This document shows positions 21,050 through 32,227 of a stretch of 64,000 nt of DNA, piece after piece. Under the pieces are notes generated by a model. It saw only the letters and a list, made by a program, of their open reading frames with translations. It ran no database searches and was not told where the DNA came from. Source of the stretch: Candidatus Poribacteria bacterium (lineage in GTDB: Bacteria; Poribacteria; WGA-4E; PCPOR2b); contig OZ220744.1 of the NCBI GenBank assembly GCA_965116925.1, positions 3,296,001 to 3,360,000 on the forward strand, written 5' to 3'. The first letter of the stretch is position 1, and the number at the start of each line of letters is the position of its first letter. A program made the translations under genes and the position numbers.

Positions 21050-22645
21050 ATGCAGGCTGATCTGCTGATTTACGGTGGAACTGTTATTGACGGAACAGCA
21101 GCCCCACCTTTCCGTGCGGATGTGGCGATTAAGGATGGCAAAATCTTTGACATTGGAGCGATAGAAAAACAGAAGGGTATACCGTGCATAGATGCTCAAG
21201 GTCTCTTTGTCGCGCCCGGCTTCATCGATATCCACAGCCACTCCGATTTCACGATAATCCTCGATCCGCGGGCGATGAGCTCAATCACCCAAGGCGTTAC
21301 CCTTGAAGTCGTTGGTAACTGCGGTCACGGCTGCGCTCCCATCGGCGATCCAGAATTGGCAAAAATGAACATCTACGGATACCAAGAGGGGCACGAAATC
21401 GGTTGGCGTACCATGGCTGAATACCTAGAATGCCTTGAAGCGGGCAAGCCAGCGGTCAATGTGGTATCTCTCGTTCCGAACGGTAACTTACGCCTCACCG
21501 TCGCTGGACTGGTGGATCGTCCCTCAACCCCCGATGAACTCAGGCAGATGAAAAACCTGCTAACACAGAGCCTAGAGGAAGGGGCATTCGGTTTCTCCAC
21601 AGGTCTCGAATACGGACCCGAAAGGGATTGTACCGAAGCAGAGATCATCGAACTCTGTCGCGTGGCATCTGATGCCGGGAGCTTCTATGCGACCCACACC
21701 CGCAATCGGGACGGGGAAGCGCAGGAAACCATCGCGGAGGCAATCCGGACCGGGGCTGCATCAAACCTGCCTGTACAGATCTCCCACATCTCCGTCGTCT
21801 CGCGGCTCGCTGAAGATGGGCAATGGGCAATCGAGAACGCGCTCCGACAGGTTGACGAAGCACAGGATAGCGGGTTGGATGTTGGATTTGATATGCACAC
21901 ACGGCTGTTCGGAACCACCAATCTGAGCGCTGCCCTGCCACCGTGGGCACTGGAAGGGGACACAGCTGCCATTGCTGCGCGATTGCGATCGGCTGCCACC
22001 CGCCGAGAGTTGAAAACCTATCCCAGCATCATCACCGCCTTGGCACGGGGGGATTGGAACAACATCGTCCTCTTTAAGGGCAAAGCGCGCCCCGAACTCT
22101 CCCGTAAGAGCATCGCTGAAATCAGCGAATTGACAGGCGTTGATCCATTTGACGCTATCTACGACCTGCTGCTCGCTGAAATTGACGACCTCCACAGCCT
22201 GATGATTCTTGCCTTCACCTATCGGGAAGAGGATATCCGCAGCGCCTTTGAGCACCCTAGTTGCATGGTCGGCTCCGATGCCACCGCGTTGGCAACCGAC
22301 GGTCCGTTAGGAGGGACGTCGTTCCACGGTGCGTACACCTGGGCCTCCTGGTTCTATCGGCACTTTGTGCACGACAAGAGGACGCTTAGCCCACAAGAGG
22401 CTATCCGCCGGATCACGTCGCTGCCAGCCAGCCGACTCGGTTTAACTGATCGGGGTGCCCTGTGCAAGGGGGCGTGGGCGGACGTGGCAATTTTCGATCC
22501 ACAAACCTTCGCAGATCAGGGCACCACCTTTGAACCGAACCAGACCGCTATCGGTATGCACCATGTCATCGTCAATGGAAAGGTGGCTCTCAAAGATGGG
22601 AAGTTGACCGGAGAACGTAGCGGGCAGGTCCTGCGACGCGCATAA
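21050..22645 (+). CDS. N-acyl-D-amino-acid deacylase (D-aminoacylase) family amidohydrolase
   Basis: PGFIDIHSHSD, GNCG, GFSTGLEY and GSDA motifs; GGAGGT RBS. Confidence 0.88.
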   Translation: MQADLLIYGGTVIDGTAAPPFRADVAIKDGKIFDIGAIEKQKGIPCIDAQGLFVAPGFIDIHSHSDFTIILDPRAMSSITQGVTLEVVGNCGHGCAPIGDPELAKMNIYGYQEGHEIGWRTMAEYLECLEAGKPAVNVVSLVPNGNLRLTVAGLVDRPSTPDELRQMKNLLTQSLEEGAFGFSTGLEYGPERDCTEAEIIELCRVASDAGSFYATHTRNRDGEAQETIAEAIRTGAASNLPVQISHISVVSRLAEDGQWAIENALRQVDEAQDSGLDVGFDMHTRLFGTTNLSAALPPWALEGDTAAIAARLRSAATRRELKTYPSIITALARGDWNNIVLFKGKARPELSRKSIAEISELTGVDPFDAIYDLLLAEIDDLHSLMILAFTYREEDIRSAFEHPSCMVGSDATALATDGPLGGTSFHGAYTWASWFYRHFVHDKRTLSPQEAIRRITSLPASRLGLTDRGALCKGAWADVAIFDPQTFADQGTTFEPNQTAIGMHHVIVNGKVALKDGKLTGERSGQVLRRA

Positions 22646-22842
22646 GATAACTCAGGTTGATAGTAGTAGGCATGAGGTGAGTGTCCAATCGTAGGGGCGA
22701 GGTCTCCTCGCCCAACGGGTTAGGAAACCCAACCTCTACGCGAATTGCACCAATGTAGGGGCAACCCTTGTGGTTGCCCGAAATACTTGGATAAATACCG
22801 ATCTTATGAAAGCACCCAAATGGGGAAACAACCGAAAGGAAT

Positions 22843-24102
22843 ATGTCCGTGACACAGAAAACAGACGGTAACAGAATCCGCGTTGGCGTCGTTGGGGTCG
22901 GACGCGGAATGAGTTTTGCACAAGGAGCTCCCTTTGTTGGTATGGAGTTGGTCGCACTCTGCGATACATGGGAGGCAAAGCTGCATGAGGCGGGGCAAAA
23001 ATTAAACGTTACGACCTACACCGATTACGATCAATTCCTCTCCCACGACATGGACGCCGTTGTGTTAGCAAACTACTTTCATCAGCACGCTCCCTTTGCC
23101 GTCAAAGCCCTTGAGGCGGGACTACATGTGATGACTGAAACGATGGCGTGTGGGACACCGGCGGAGGGCGTCGCATTGGCGAGGGCGGTAGACAAGTCCG
23201 GCAAGATTTTTCTATTTGCCGAAAATTACCCCTATTTTGCCTACAATCAAGAGATGCGCCGCCTTTACCAAAATGACGAGGTCGGTGAGGTACAGTACGC
23301 CGAAGGGGAGTACAACCACCCCTTCGATTCACGCGGTTACAATCAATTATCGCCGGGGATGAACCACTGGCGCAATTGGATTCCGTCTACCTACTACTGC
23401 TCACACGCGCTTGCGCCCATTATGTTCATCACCGACACCCATCCGGTGAGCGTGAACGCGTTGTCAATCCCCCGATCCGAAAGCGATACCGAGAAATTGA
23501 GCGTCCAGCGAGGCGACCCCGGTGGCATCATCCTCTGTCGCATGGACAACAATTCGGTCGTCCGAATTATGGGGCTGAAGATGCGCGGGCACGGCGTCTG
23601 GTATCGGATCCACGGTTCACGTGGGCTGATGGAGAATCTACGTTCTGGTGCCCCCGGCTCCCTACGCGTGCTGCACGAGCCGTGGGATCTGCGCGAGGGA
23701 GATGAAGCCGAAAAGATTTACGCGCCAGATTTTCCCCACCACGCTGAGGATGCGCGACGGGCAGGACATGGCGGTGGCGATTTCTTCACCAACTACCATT
23801 TCGCCGAAGCCATCCGCAAAGATGAAAGGCCCTATTTCGATATCTATCGTGGGCTTGAGATGGCGATGGTGGGGATTCAGGCGTGGCGGTCATGTCTGGG
23901 TAACGGCACACCTTACGAGATTCCCGATTTCCGCCAAGAATCCGTCCGAAAAGCGTACGAGGACGATAACTGGTCTCCTTGGCCCCAAGACCAAGGTCCC
24001 GGTCAGCCACCGCCTAGCGTCAACGGGTTCAATCCGCCGAGCGAGGACGCTATCGCCTATGCCCGCAAGGTTTGGGACGAGATGGGTTACAAGGGAGAAT
24101 GA
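22843..24102 (+). CDS. Gfo/Idh/MocA-family oxidoreductase
   Basis: GVVGVGRG, AENYPY, YAEGEYNH and GHGGGD. Confidence 0.85.
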   Translation: MSVTQKTDGNRIRVGVVGVGRGMSFAQGAPFVGMELVALCDTWEAKLHEAGQKLNVTTYTDYDQFLSHDMDAVVLANYFHQHAPFAVKALEAGLHVMTETMACGTPAEGVALARAVDKSGKIFLFAENYPYFAYNQEMRRLYQNDEVGEVQYAEGEYNHPFDSRGYNQLSPGMNHWRNWIPSTYYCSHALAPIMFITDTHPVSVNALSIPRSESDTEKLSVQRGDPGGIILCRMDNNSVVRIMGLKMRGHGVWYRIHGSRGLMENLRSGAPGSLRVLHEPWDLREGDEAEKIYAPDFPHHAEDARRAGHGGGDFFTNYHFAEAIRKDERPYFDIYRGLEMAMVGIQAWRSCLGNGTPYEIPDFRQESVRKAYEDDNWSPWPQDQGPGQPPPSVNGFNPPSEDAIAYARKVWDEMGYKGE

Positions 24103-24133
24103 GCCGTTGGGACGTTAGCAGACAGGAGGCTTT

Positions 24134-27100
24134 CTATGCTGCCCAATCCACACACAACGCCTCGGCTTGTTCTAGTACCGTTGTGGTAGCACTCTCTTGT
24201 CTGTCAGGTGGGTAGCCGTGTCTGCGAAGAACGCGTTTCACCATCACCCGTAGCCTTGCGCGAACGCTTTCCCTTAGTGTCCAGTCGATCGTCACATTTC
24301 GCCGAACGGTTTCCACCAATTCGATCGCGATGGTTCGCAGCGTTTCGTCACCTAACACTTGCACCGCACTATCGTTGACCTCAAGCGCGTCGTAGAATGC
24401 TAGTTCATCATCTGAAAGCCCTAGTGCCTCGCCACGTTCTTGTGCCTCGCGCATCTCTTTTGCAATTTCAATCAGTTCCTCGATTACCTGTGCCGCTGCA
24501 ACCGTACGGTTCTGATAGGTACGAATCGAACGTTCCAACATCTCTGCAAACGAACGCCCTTGTACGACATTTTTCCGTGAGTGACTCCTAATCTCATCGT
24601 TGAGCAACCGTTCCAAAAGTTCAACCGCCACATTTTTGTATGGCAATTCGCGTACTTCAAGGAGAAATTCGTCGGAGAGAATTGAGACATCGGGTCGCTC
24701 CAACCCTGCGGCAGCAAAAATATCAATCACACCTTCAGAAACGACTGCTCTAGATACTAACTGTCGTATCGCCTGCTCTGTCGCCTCAGACTGCACTTCC
24801 TCTGTAGCGGTCGGTTTCGCCAAAACACTTCTCACCGTCTGAAAAAAATCGACATCGTCGCGAATCTCTGTCGTCTCTTCGTGCGGCACTGCCAGCGCAA
24901 ACGCTTTCGAGAGTGCAGTAACCGTCTCTAGTAGGCGGGTTTTGCCATCCTGCTGCCTCAGAATGTGTTCTTGCGCCGCAGGTAGTAATCTAAGGCGGTC
25001 TGTGGCGTTCCCATCAATCCACGTCGACCAATCGAAACCGTGAAACAGTCCGCAGCAGATCTCGTGCTTTTCTTGCATCACAGCGACCTCCTCCGCTTTA
25101 TCAACGGCGGTGCTCCCTTTTCCCCCGTTTTCGGTATAGTTCGCTAACGCCTGTTTCAGGTGGTAGGCAAGCCCAATGTAGTCCACAATTAAACCGCCCG
25201 GTTTGTCACCGAACACCCGATTGACACGGGCAATGGCTTGCATCAGTCCATGTCCGCGCATCGGCTTGTCCACATACATGGTATGAAGGCTAGGTGCGTC
25301 AAACCCTGTTAGCCACATATCACGGACAATCACCACTTTCAACGGATCTTTGGGGTTTTTGAATCGTACCGCGATCTCTTCTCGCCGAGCCTTGTTGCGG
25401 ATATGCTGCTGCCACGACGGATCATCATCGGACGAACCTGTCATCACAACCTTGATTTCTCCTTGCTTGTCATCGTCATCATGCCACTCTGGATGGCGTT
25501 CGACAATGGCGTTGTAGAGGTCAACGCAGATACGCCGGCTCATACAGACAATCATCGCCTTGCCATCTATTGCTTCCAACCGTTCTTCAAAGTGTGTAAC
25601 AATATCATCCGCAATGAGTCCCAACCGCTTTTCCGTTCCCACCAATGCCTCAAGTTGCGCCCATTTGGTCTTGAGTCTCTCTTTGCGTGCAACCTCCTCT
25701 CCTTCGGTTGCCTCCTCAAAGTCCGGGTCAACGTGAGGCTTTTCGTCCTGATCCAATTCAATTTTGGCGAGACGGCTTTCGTAGTAAATCGGAACGGTGG
25801 CACCGTCATCAACCGCACGTTGTATGTCGTAGATGCTGATGTAATCTCCGAAAACTCGACGAGTATCGCGATCTGCGGTTTCAATCGGCGTGCCAGTAAA
25901 ACCGATAAAAGAAGCATTTGGGAGTGCGTCTCGGATATGACGGGCAAATCCGCTGATAAAATCGTATTGGCTGCGATGCGCCTCGTCCGCGATAACCACA
26001 ATGTTTCGCCGATCGGATAGTAAGGGGAAACGGGTTTCATCACCCTCTGGAAAAAACTTTTGGACTGTGGTAAAGACTACCCTGCCTGAAGCGACTGTCA
26101 GAAGTTCGCGTAGATGTCCTCTATCGCTTGCTTGCACCGGGATTTGTCGCAAAAGTTGACTACACCGGGAAAATGTGCCGAACAGCTGCTCATCTAGGTC
26201 GTTTCGGTCCGTGATAACAACCAACGTCGGGTTTGCCATCTGCGGATGCTGGACGATGCTGCCGGCATAAAAAGCCATGGTCAAACTCTTGCCCGAACCC
26301 TGCGTGTGCCACACGACGCCGCACTGTTTGTCCCCTTCCGGGCGCGATGCTTCTACCGTCGTATCGACTGCCGTTTTCACAGCGTGGACCTGGTGATAAC
26401 CCGCAATCTTTTTGGCTATCGTCTCGCCCTCAGTCTCTTCAAAGACGACAAAGTGTTTGAGATAGCTCAAAAATCTGCCCTTCTCAAAGATTCCTTTAAG
26501 TAACACCTCTAGTTCTAATTCGGTTGAAGGTGCCTCGTCCTCTCCCTCTATCGTCCGCCACGGCAGAAACCATTCATTATCAGCGGTCAGGGACCCGACG
26601 TGAGCCTCTAACCCGTCAGAAATGATAACTGCCTCGTTATAGGTGAATAGCGAGGGGATTTCTTGCTTGTAGGTACAGATTTGGCGAAATGCCGTTAGGA
26701 TGGTGGCTTTTTCGTCGGTCGGGTTTTTGAGCTCGATCACGGCTAGGGGCAGCCCGTTGATAAACAGCACAACGTCCGGGCGGCGTTCGCTGCTCTCTAC
26801 CACTGTGAATTGGTTGACCACCAACCAGTCATTGTTTTCAGGTGAATCAAAATCAACCAACCGCACCCGCTCACCCCGCATCGTACCGTCCGGCTGTCGA
26901 GCCTCAACCTCTATCCCATCGACTAGCATCAAATGGAATGCACGGTTGTTCTGTATCAATGCGGGGGAATCGGGATAAAGCACTTTTCGGATTGTGTCCT
27001 CTTGTGCTTCGGCGGGTAGGTTTGGATTCAGGCGGGCAACTGCATCGCGTAAACGACGCTCTAAAATTACTTCGCTATAGGTAGAGCGTTCGGCATCGGG

Positions 27101-27208
27101 AGCCTCCGGGGCGATGTCGGGTCCGTGTAAAACGGTATAGTCTATTTCAGCGAGCCAATCGAGCGCGGCTTCTTCGATATCGGATTCGTAAATCGTGTTG
27201 AGATTCAT
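24134..27208 (-). CDS. hsdR: Type I restriction enzyme R subunit
   Basis: [19 protein letters not shown] nuclease motif; [30 protein letters not shown]. Confidence 0.96.
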   Translation of the reverse strand: MNLNTIYESDIEEAALDWLAEIDYTVLHGPDIAPEAPDAERSTYSEVILERRLRDAVARLNPNLPAEAQEDTIRKVLYPDSPALIQNNRAFHLMLVDGIEVEARQPDGTMRGERVRLVDFDSPENNDWLVVNQFTVVESSERRPDVVLFINGLPLAVIELKNPTDEKATILTAFRQICTYKQEIPSLFTYNEAVIISDGLEAHVGSLTADNEWFLPWRTIEGEDEAPSTELELEVLLKGIFEKGRFLSYLKHFVVFEETEGETIAKKIAGYHQVHAVKTAVDTTVEASRPEGDKQCGVVWHTQGSGKSLTMAFYAGSIVQHPQMANPTLVVITDRNDLDEQLFGTFSRCSQLLRQIPVQASDRGHLRELLTVASGRVVFTTVQKFFPEGDETRFPLLSDRRNIVVIADEAHRSQYDFISGFARHIRDALPNASFIGFTGTPIETADRDTRRVFGDYISIYDIQRAVDDGATVPIYYESRLAKIELDQDEKPHVDPDFEEATEGEEVARKERLKTKWAQLEALVGTEKRLGLIADDIVTHFEERLEAIDGKAMIVCMSRRICVDLYNAIVERHPEWHDDDDKQGEIKVVMTGSSDDDPSWQQHIRNKARREEIAVRFKNPKDPLKVVIVRDMWLTGFDAPSLHTMYVDKPMRGHGLMQAIARVNRVFGDKPGGLIVDYIGLAYHLKQALANYTENGGKGSTAVDKAEEVAVMQEKHEICCGLFHGFDWSTWIDGNATDRLRLLPAAQEHILRQQDGKTRLLETVTALSKAFALAVPHEETTEIRDDVDFFQTVRSVLAKPTATEEVQSEATEQAIRQLVSRAVVSEGVIDIFAAAGLERPDVSILSDEFLLEVRELPYKNVAVELLERLLNDEIRSHSRKNVVQGRSFAEMLERSIRTYQNRTVAAAQVIEELIEIAKEMREAQERGEALGLSDDELAFYDALEVNDSAVQVLGDETLRTIAIELVETVRRNVTIDWTLRESVRARLRVMVKRVLRRHGYPPDRQESATTTVLEQAEALCVDWAA

Positions 27209-27287
27209 ATTATTGCCTCAATACGGAGGACTGTTTGTTGCGGCATCTAAATTACCTCCGATATCTTATTTGAAACATATTGAACCA

Positions 27288-28340
27288 TTATTCTGCTTCC
27301 CCTTGCTGTTGAGTGTACCGATTCACAAAATCCGCACTATCAATATCCGGTTGACCTTGCCGTGCATAGAACGAAGAAAAGCGTGATACAATATCCTTTA
27401 CAAAAAAAGGCGATATCTGAATTGCAGGATCCTCAAATTGGTCTTCAAAATCGGCCTTGTGCAGCGTTTTCAGTTTTCTGAAGTTGAGAACCCCACCTTC
27501 AAAAAAATCAGTTTGGGGTAGCCAATGCGAGTATTGGCGTCTGTTATTAACAATTTCTCGGACTTTGCTTTTGCTCCTACTGCCCTCTAATGCCTCATTC
27601 ATACTCTCGATCTCAACAAGAAGAATATGATCTGTGTTGGATTTACCATTCCGTCTAATAACAAGATCACACGCTGGACTCAGAATCGCAAACTGCTGCT
27701 CCCCCGTTTTTTCTTTCACAATACTTCCAGTGGTGATAGTGTCTAACAACGGTGGGGATAGGTAGACCTCCTCTGGAAAACAGTTTTCTTCACCTTCCTC
27801 AAGAAGTTGAAACAAGTGATTCAGGGCGTATCGGAGGAGAGCCTTTTCGGTGCGTTCTAGATCTGTTTCTCCATAAGACACCCACGTTTCTATCTGTGGT
27901 AGAAGATTTTTGAGAAAGACTTCAGTTAGATTTTCTTCAATAATACCTCTTCCTCCCATAATACGAGTCAGTCCTGTGTTATATATTCCTTGAAACAGTG
28001 CAAGATCAGAGTCGTATGTTTCAACTGTACGATGACGCTTCTTAATGACGGAGGGATGATCAATAACCTCGCTGACGAAAGCTGTGACGAAAATAATCGG
28101 TATTCTGGTAAATGGATCGTGAAGTTGACGAACAATTTTATTTCCACCCTCTTTATCATTACCCAGTCTCAAGTCAATAATTGCACCATCATAAGAACCA
28201 TCTATTTTGCTTAAAGCACTCAAGAGATCTTCGGCTATCTCATATTCAACTTTTAACTGATTTCTATCATTGAATACTTCTACAGAATTCTTAAATGCCT
28301 CCCGTTGATTTGGTATGTCTTCAACAAGTAGAATTTTCAT
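27288..28340 (-). CDS. Response-regulator receiver domain fused to an uncharacterised C-terminal domain
   Basis: MKILLVED...AIIDLRL...PIIFVTA receiver motifs; C-terminal SPACDL and YARQGQPD; no HTH seen. Confidence 0.8.
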   Translation of the reverse strand: MKILLVEDIPNQREAFKNSVEVFNDRNQLKVEYEIAEDLLSALSKIDGSYDGAIIDLRLGNDKEGGNKIVRQLHDPFTRIPIIFVTAFVSEVIDHPSVIKKRHRTVETYDSDLALFQGIYNTGLTRIMGGRGIIEENLTEVFLKNLLPQIETWVSYGETDLERTEKALLRYALNHLFQLLEEGEENCFPEEVYLSPPLLDTITTGSIVKEKTGEQQFAILSPACDLVIRRNGKSNTDHILLVEIESMNEALEGSRSKSKVREIVNNRRQYSHWLPQTDFFEGGVLNFRKLKTLHKADFEDQFEDPAIQISPFFVKDIVSRFSSFYARQGQPDIDSADFVNRYTQQQGEAE

Positions 28341-28352
28341 TGTATTCCCTTT

Positions 28353-30497
28353 TCACTCTGTTTTGGGTTGAAGCCTGAAATAGGCACCTTCATCAGATTC
28401 AAAGGCCTTCAGCTCAAGGTTGTTTCGCGCTGCGGCTTCACCCGCTATAGCCAGTCCCAAACCTGTTCCGTCGGGTTTGGTGGAAAACTGAGGTTCAAAG
28501 ATTATTTCACTGTCAATGAGGTCCGGTGCAATTCCCGGTCCGGTGTCACGATAGTCGATATGAATCAGGGAGTTACCGTCTGTCAGGAGCTCAATGCTGA
28601 TTTGCCGTACAGGAATCTTTTTCTCAACCATCCAATAAAGGCTATTATCAATAAGATTTGTGAAAATTGCGTAAATATCTTGGGACCAAGCGGAGAATTT
28701 GAAGTCGTCAGGGCCTTTAATTTCAGCGGATACGTTGTGGGATTTCATTTCATTTTCAAAGACAGAAAGCGTGTTCTTTATAGTTTGTTTCAGTTTCACC
28801 GGCTTTCTTGCACCGCGTTTTCCTGCTGCCAGCGGATCAAGCCTGCGGAAAAGTGTTACAAAAAACTCCATATTCTCCTCAATGCCATCGGCAATCGAAA
28901 GCAATTTTTCAAGTTTTCCCAAATCTCCGGTTTTCTGAAATGATTCGTTCCAGTACCTAAGGTTCGGTATTTGGTTGCGGAAGTAGCCGAGCGGTTGGCT
29001 GCCTTCATGGACGATGACATTGAGAAGCTTCCCCAAGGTAGCCTGGCTTTGATAAACCGCCACAGCTTGGTAGATTGCATCAGCGACTTTATTTTTATCT
29101 TCCTCATCCTGACTGATAATCTCAATGATTTCATCGGTAGTTATTTTGTCAACCGTACTCTTGTCAAGTCTCGTCTGTATGTCCCATTTCAACTGATCAA
29201 ACGAAAAAAGCCGTTCTAGTTCTCGTTCCACTTTGAGGGCAGATCGGCTCAGACCTACCTTTCTTCTGTAAGCAAAACGTCGCCATTCAAGTTCAGTGAT
29301 GACCCCCATTGTGATTTTCTTCAGTTGATCGAAAGCCTTGTTTTCCTTGAGTCCATCCCTTGCACTTTTTTCAATCAAGCCGGATGGATACTCAGACTCA
29401 ATCTGCACGTACCCAATTACTTGGTTGCTGCTGATGCATTGTGTGGGGTTCTGGATACGGCGCGCATTCAGTTTGAGCCAGTCAAAGTCAGCATCGCCTA
29501 GTGGCCTTATACGAAATCCGTTCCGATAAACACCGATGCCGTTGTATGCGTTCAGAAGCTGCCTGGCCTGGTTCTTTCCAACATAGCTGCCGGATCCATC
29601 CTTGAGACCACGGCCAATCAAGGATTCAATGGCTTCCTTCTCACGGTCATACACTCGGATATCGATATCAAGTTCACCGCAGCCAGTCCGCTCTCCAAAA
29701 TCGAATGCAATCTGTTCTTCCCCAATATTACGGGCTTTCTGCGATGAATATGTCAGGGTCCCTTTGCCGTTGTCGCTGATGTGCCCTGAAATTTTGTAGT
29801 CAAAAAGATCGAAAAGTAGGTAGGGTTCGACAAATTCCTTGATGTCCTCCACCGTCGGAAAACTGTTAACTGTTAAGTGTATACGGAATTCATCATTGCT
29901 GAAAACACGGCTCACCGGCGAGGTCAATTTCTTCAGTTCAAACCGAAGCTTATCAAACCGTTCTTGATCCCATTCGGCAAGAAGTTCCTTATCTCCATTC
30001 ATGGTTAGCCGCGTACCCGACGGTTCGGAGACTTTTGCTGTTTCAATGAAGATTTCCACATCATCCAGATACTGAGCGGTGTCGAATTTGCCCCATTCGA
30101 GATAGGTTGTTGTTTTCTCACCTTCAGAAGTGACAGTTTCAAGAAGTAGGTCTATGCCGAGAATGGAAGCAGCATAGCGTCCCACACCTTTGTGTCCCTG
30201 CAGAATCCTTCCGGAAGGACTTTGGTGCCTTTCAAGTTTGTCCTCGGTTGATGGGACCAGCCACTTATTGATAACATCCTCTCTTGACATGCCGTGACCG
30301 TGATCGGAGATAACGATAGTATATCCACCGCGGTCGTGAGATGCCTTGAATTCTATGTTCACATCAGGAGAATCGGCATCATAAGCGTTTTTAACCAACT
30401 CGAGGACAGCCGCATAATTGTCCTGAATAAGATCTCGACCGATGGTCAAAATGTGCCGCCCCGCAGGTCTAATTTTATAGGTGGTGTCGGTGTTCAT
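28353..30497 (-). CDS. MORC/MutL-like GHKL ATPase fused to a histidine kinase domain
   Basis: N-terminal ELVKNAYDAD, DHGHGMS, GHKGVGR; C-terminal H-box VIVHE, N-box TNLIDNS, DTGPGI, FEPQFSTK and GTGLGLAIA; no TM segments. Confidence 0.85.
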   Translation of the reverse strand: MNTDTTYKIRPAGRHILTIGRDLIQDNYAAVLELVKNAYDADSPDVNIEFKASHDRGGYTIVISDHGHGMSREDVINKWLVPSTEDKLERHQSPSGRILQGHKGVGRYAASILGIDLLLETVTSEGEKTTTYLEWGKFDTAQYLDDVEIFIETAKVSEPSGTRLTMNGDKELLAEWDQERFDKLRFELKKLTSPVSRVFSNDEFRIHLTVNSFPTVEDIKEFVEPYLLFDLFDYKISGHISDNGKGTLTYSSQKARNIGEEQIAFDFGERTGCGELDIDIRVYDREKEAIESLIGRGLKDGSGSYVGKNQARQLLNAYNGIGVYRNGFRIRPLGDADFDWLKLNARRIQNPTQCISSNQVIGYVQIESEYPSGLIEKSARDGLKENKAFDQLKKITMGVITELEWRRFAYRRKVGLSRSALKVERELERLFSFDQLKWDIQTRLDKSTVDKITTDEIIEIISQDEEDKNKVADAIYQAVAVYQSQATLGKLLNVIVHEGSQPLGYFRNQIPNLRYWNESFQKTGDLGKLEKLLSIADGIEENMEFFVTLFRRLDPLAAGKRGARKPVKLKQTIKNTLSVFENEMKSHNVSAEIKGPDDFKFSAWSQDIYAIFTNLIDNSLYWMVEKKIPVRQISIELLTDGNSLIHIDYRDTGPGIAPDLIDSEIIFEPQFSTKPDGTGLGLAIAGEAAARNNLELKAFESDEGAYFRLQPKTE

Positions 30498-30630
30498 AGC
30501 GAATTTGCCCTCAACTTTTCTGCGGTTTTTAATCTAAGGCATTTATTCCAGTATAGCATCAATGATTCAAAAAGCCCATTCAATCCGGCTTTGACCTCAA
30601 TCGCGTTGGAAAACGCTTTATTGATTTATT

Positions 30631-30692
30631 ACCTCTCCCAATAACAACTTCGACAGCAGCGCGTCTCAAATTTGAGAGAAGGTGCAGGATTG
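30631..30692 (-). pseudogene. Degenerate duplicate of the hsdS 3' end
   Basis: Reads QSCTFSQI*DALLSKLLLGEV versus HsdS QSRTLSQIRDALLPKLLSGEI (about 32269-32327). Confidence 0.8.
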
Positions 30693-30724
30693 TTCAGGGG
30701 ATTCTGATCAGCCAGCGAATGAGG

Positions 30725-32227
30725 TTACAACCCCTCAAAGAAATTGCGAAAAATATTAATGAGATCATGGCGAGCTCTCGAATTATGTTGGCGTTCATTA
30801 CCTCCCCAGAGCCGTTCTTCATACGCGCGAATCCAATCTCCCCATGAACTCTCCATTTGCTCACGTGTAACATTTAAGCAGGTCCATAACTGCGTGAGTT
30901 CTTTCTGACTGCGAAGCATGGTAATTGCACGTTGGGTTATACTGTAGTCCTCAGAAAGAAAAGTCAACGGGACATTATTAAATGTAGAAAAGATATCCTG
31001 CTGATCTGAAGCGATTCTTGATGCTAATTCATGAACACTCAGTGCCATATAATATGCAACCAGTGAAGTCCGGTATTCCGATTCATCTCCGAAGATGGGA
31101 TCCAACCACTCCCATTTTTCATAAGCCGTAGATAGATAATGCCAACTTTCTGTACAATTATTCCCAAGCGATTCAGACCACCCCATAAGTTCACGCCTTT
31201 TCCAGACGTGAAGGCGATCTGTTGTATATAAACCAGGAATTTTAACCCATGCGAGACTCAAGGCAAGATCTAACTGATTTGTGATTAGGCTGATTCCCCC
31301 GTGCAAACTATGGTAGATATATCCTAATGCAAAAGCAAGGTCCCCCCAGACTACAGGACCGGCAACTCTCCGGCCAACAGTGTCGGGCAGATCCTCAAGG
31401 GTAGACCTCTGATCCCTAAATTGTTCCATCTTGGATTCAACCCCGGCTAGAGCAACAGCAATTACGGGTGAAATAATCCCAACCGCCTCATCCACAGTCT
31501 CAAGCTTCTCTTTACCTGTTGGCGTTTCTCCAACCAGTCCCTCTTGTCGTCGTTGTACCAAAGAATTGAACGCCTTTGGCTTAATTCGTTTGACGAGTTG
31601 TCGCCAGCCGATCTCATCCCCTGTACGACTAATCTCAACTGCTGCGTAGTACGCGTTGGAGGCAGATTCAACTTGATCTGGAATTTCAGGCAGTTGAGTC
31701 TCTGTCTCTTCAGAAGGTGATGTCCCCTTTCTAGAAGATAATTGATCAAATAGACTTTCTCCCAAAGGAGGCTTCCTTTCAACTGGCACCTCGTAGAGTT
31801 TGTGAAGCAAATCATTGAATTTCTCATTAAATTGGCTATCATCTGTAAAGTCAATGTAAACTCGTCCACCTAAAAATGTTGGCATTTTCTCCTGCCTTGA
31901 CACCTGACGACTTATGGGAATAAATTTGTCAATCCCCAAATTTTCAACAAGCTGTGCAGTTACAATCTGCACCTCGTATCCAACCCCACCTTTGCGGTCA
32001 TTAGCCTTTCTCACGTAATTGTCCGTGCAAATGACTAGCACCCAATCAAGATCCCTGACACCAGCCTCCATAAATTGTGTAAAATTGTCGCCCGGGGTGA
32101 GATCCCACCGGTCAAGTACTACATCAACGCCCTTCTGAACAAGTTTTGTGCCGAGTTCTAATACCCATTGCTTGTGTTCAGGAGAATCGTGAGAATATGA
32201 AATGAATACTTTAGGATGTTCCGCCAT
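30725..32227 (-). CDS. SEFIR/TIR domain protein with an uncharacterised C-terminal region
   Basis: PKVFISYSHDS.EHK.WV, D.WDL.PG, FME and GGVGYE; start overlaps the hsdS 3' end. Confidence 0.88.
   Translation of the reverse strand: MAEHPKVFISYSHDSPEHKQWVLELGTKLVQKGVDVVLDRWDLTPGDNFTQFMEAGVRDLDWVLVICTDNYVRKANDRKGGVGYEVQIVTAQLVENLGIDKFIPISRQVSRQEKMPTFLGGRVYIDFTDDSQFNEKFNDLLHKLYEVPVERKPPLGESLFDQLSSRKGTSPSEETETQLPEIPDQVESASNAYYAAVEISRTGDEIGWRQLVKRIKPKAFNSLVQRRQEGLVGETPTGKEKLETVDEAVGIISPVIAVALAGVESKMEQFRDQRSTLEDLPDTVGRRVAGPVVWGDLAFALGYIYHSLHGGISLITNQLDLALSLAWVKIPGLYTTDRLHVWKRRELMGWSESLGNNCTESWHYLSTAYEKWEWLDPIFGDESEYRTSLVAYYMALSVHELASRIASDQQDIFSTFNNVPLTFLSEDYSITQRAITMLRSQKELTQLWTCLNVTREQMESSWGDWIRAYEERLWGGNERQHNSRARHDLINIFRNFFEGL

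Noticed and set aside
25403..26020. Long antisense ORFs inside genes (e.g. 2144-2749, 11272-11892, 25403-26020, 34345-35067)
   Set aside because: Shadow ORFs of well-supported genes with no recognisable motifs
30500..30630. Short open stretch upstream of the kinase (AIEVKAGLNGLFES...) as a possible transposase or gene remnant
   Set aside because: Too short, with no convincing motif match
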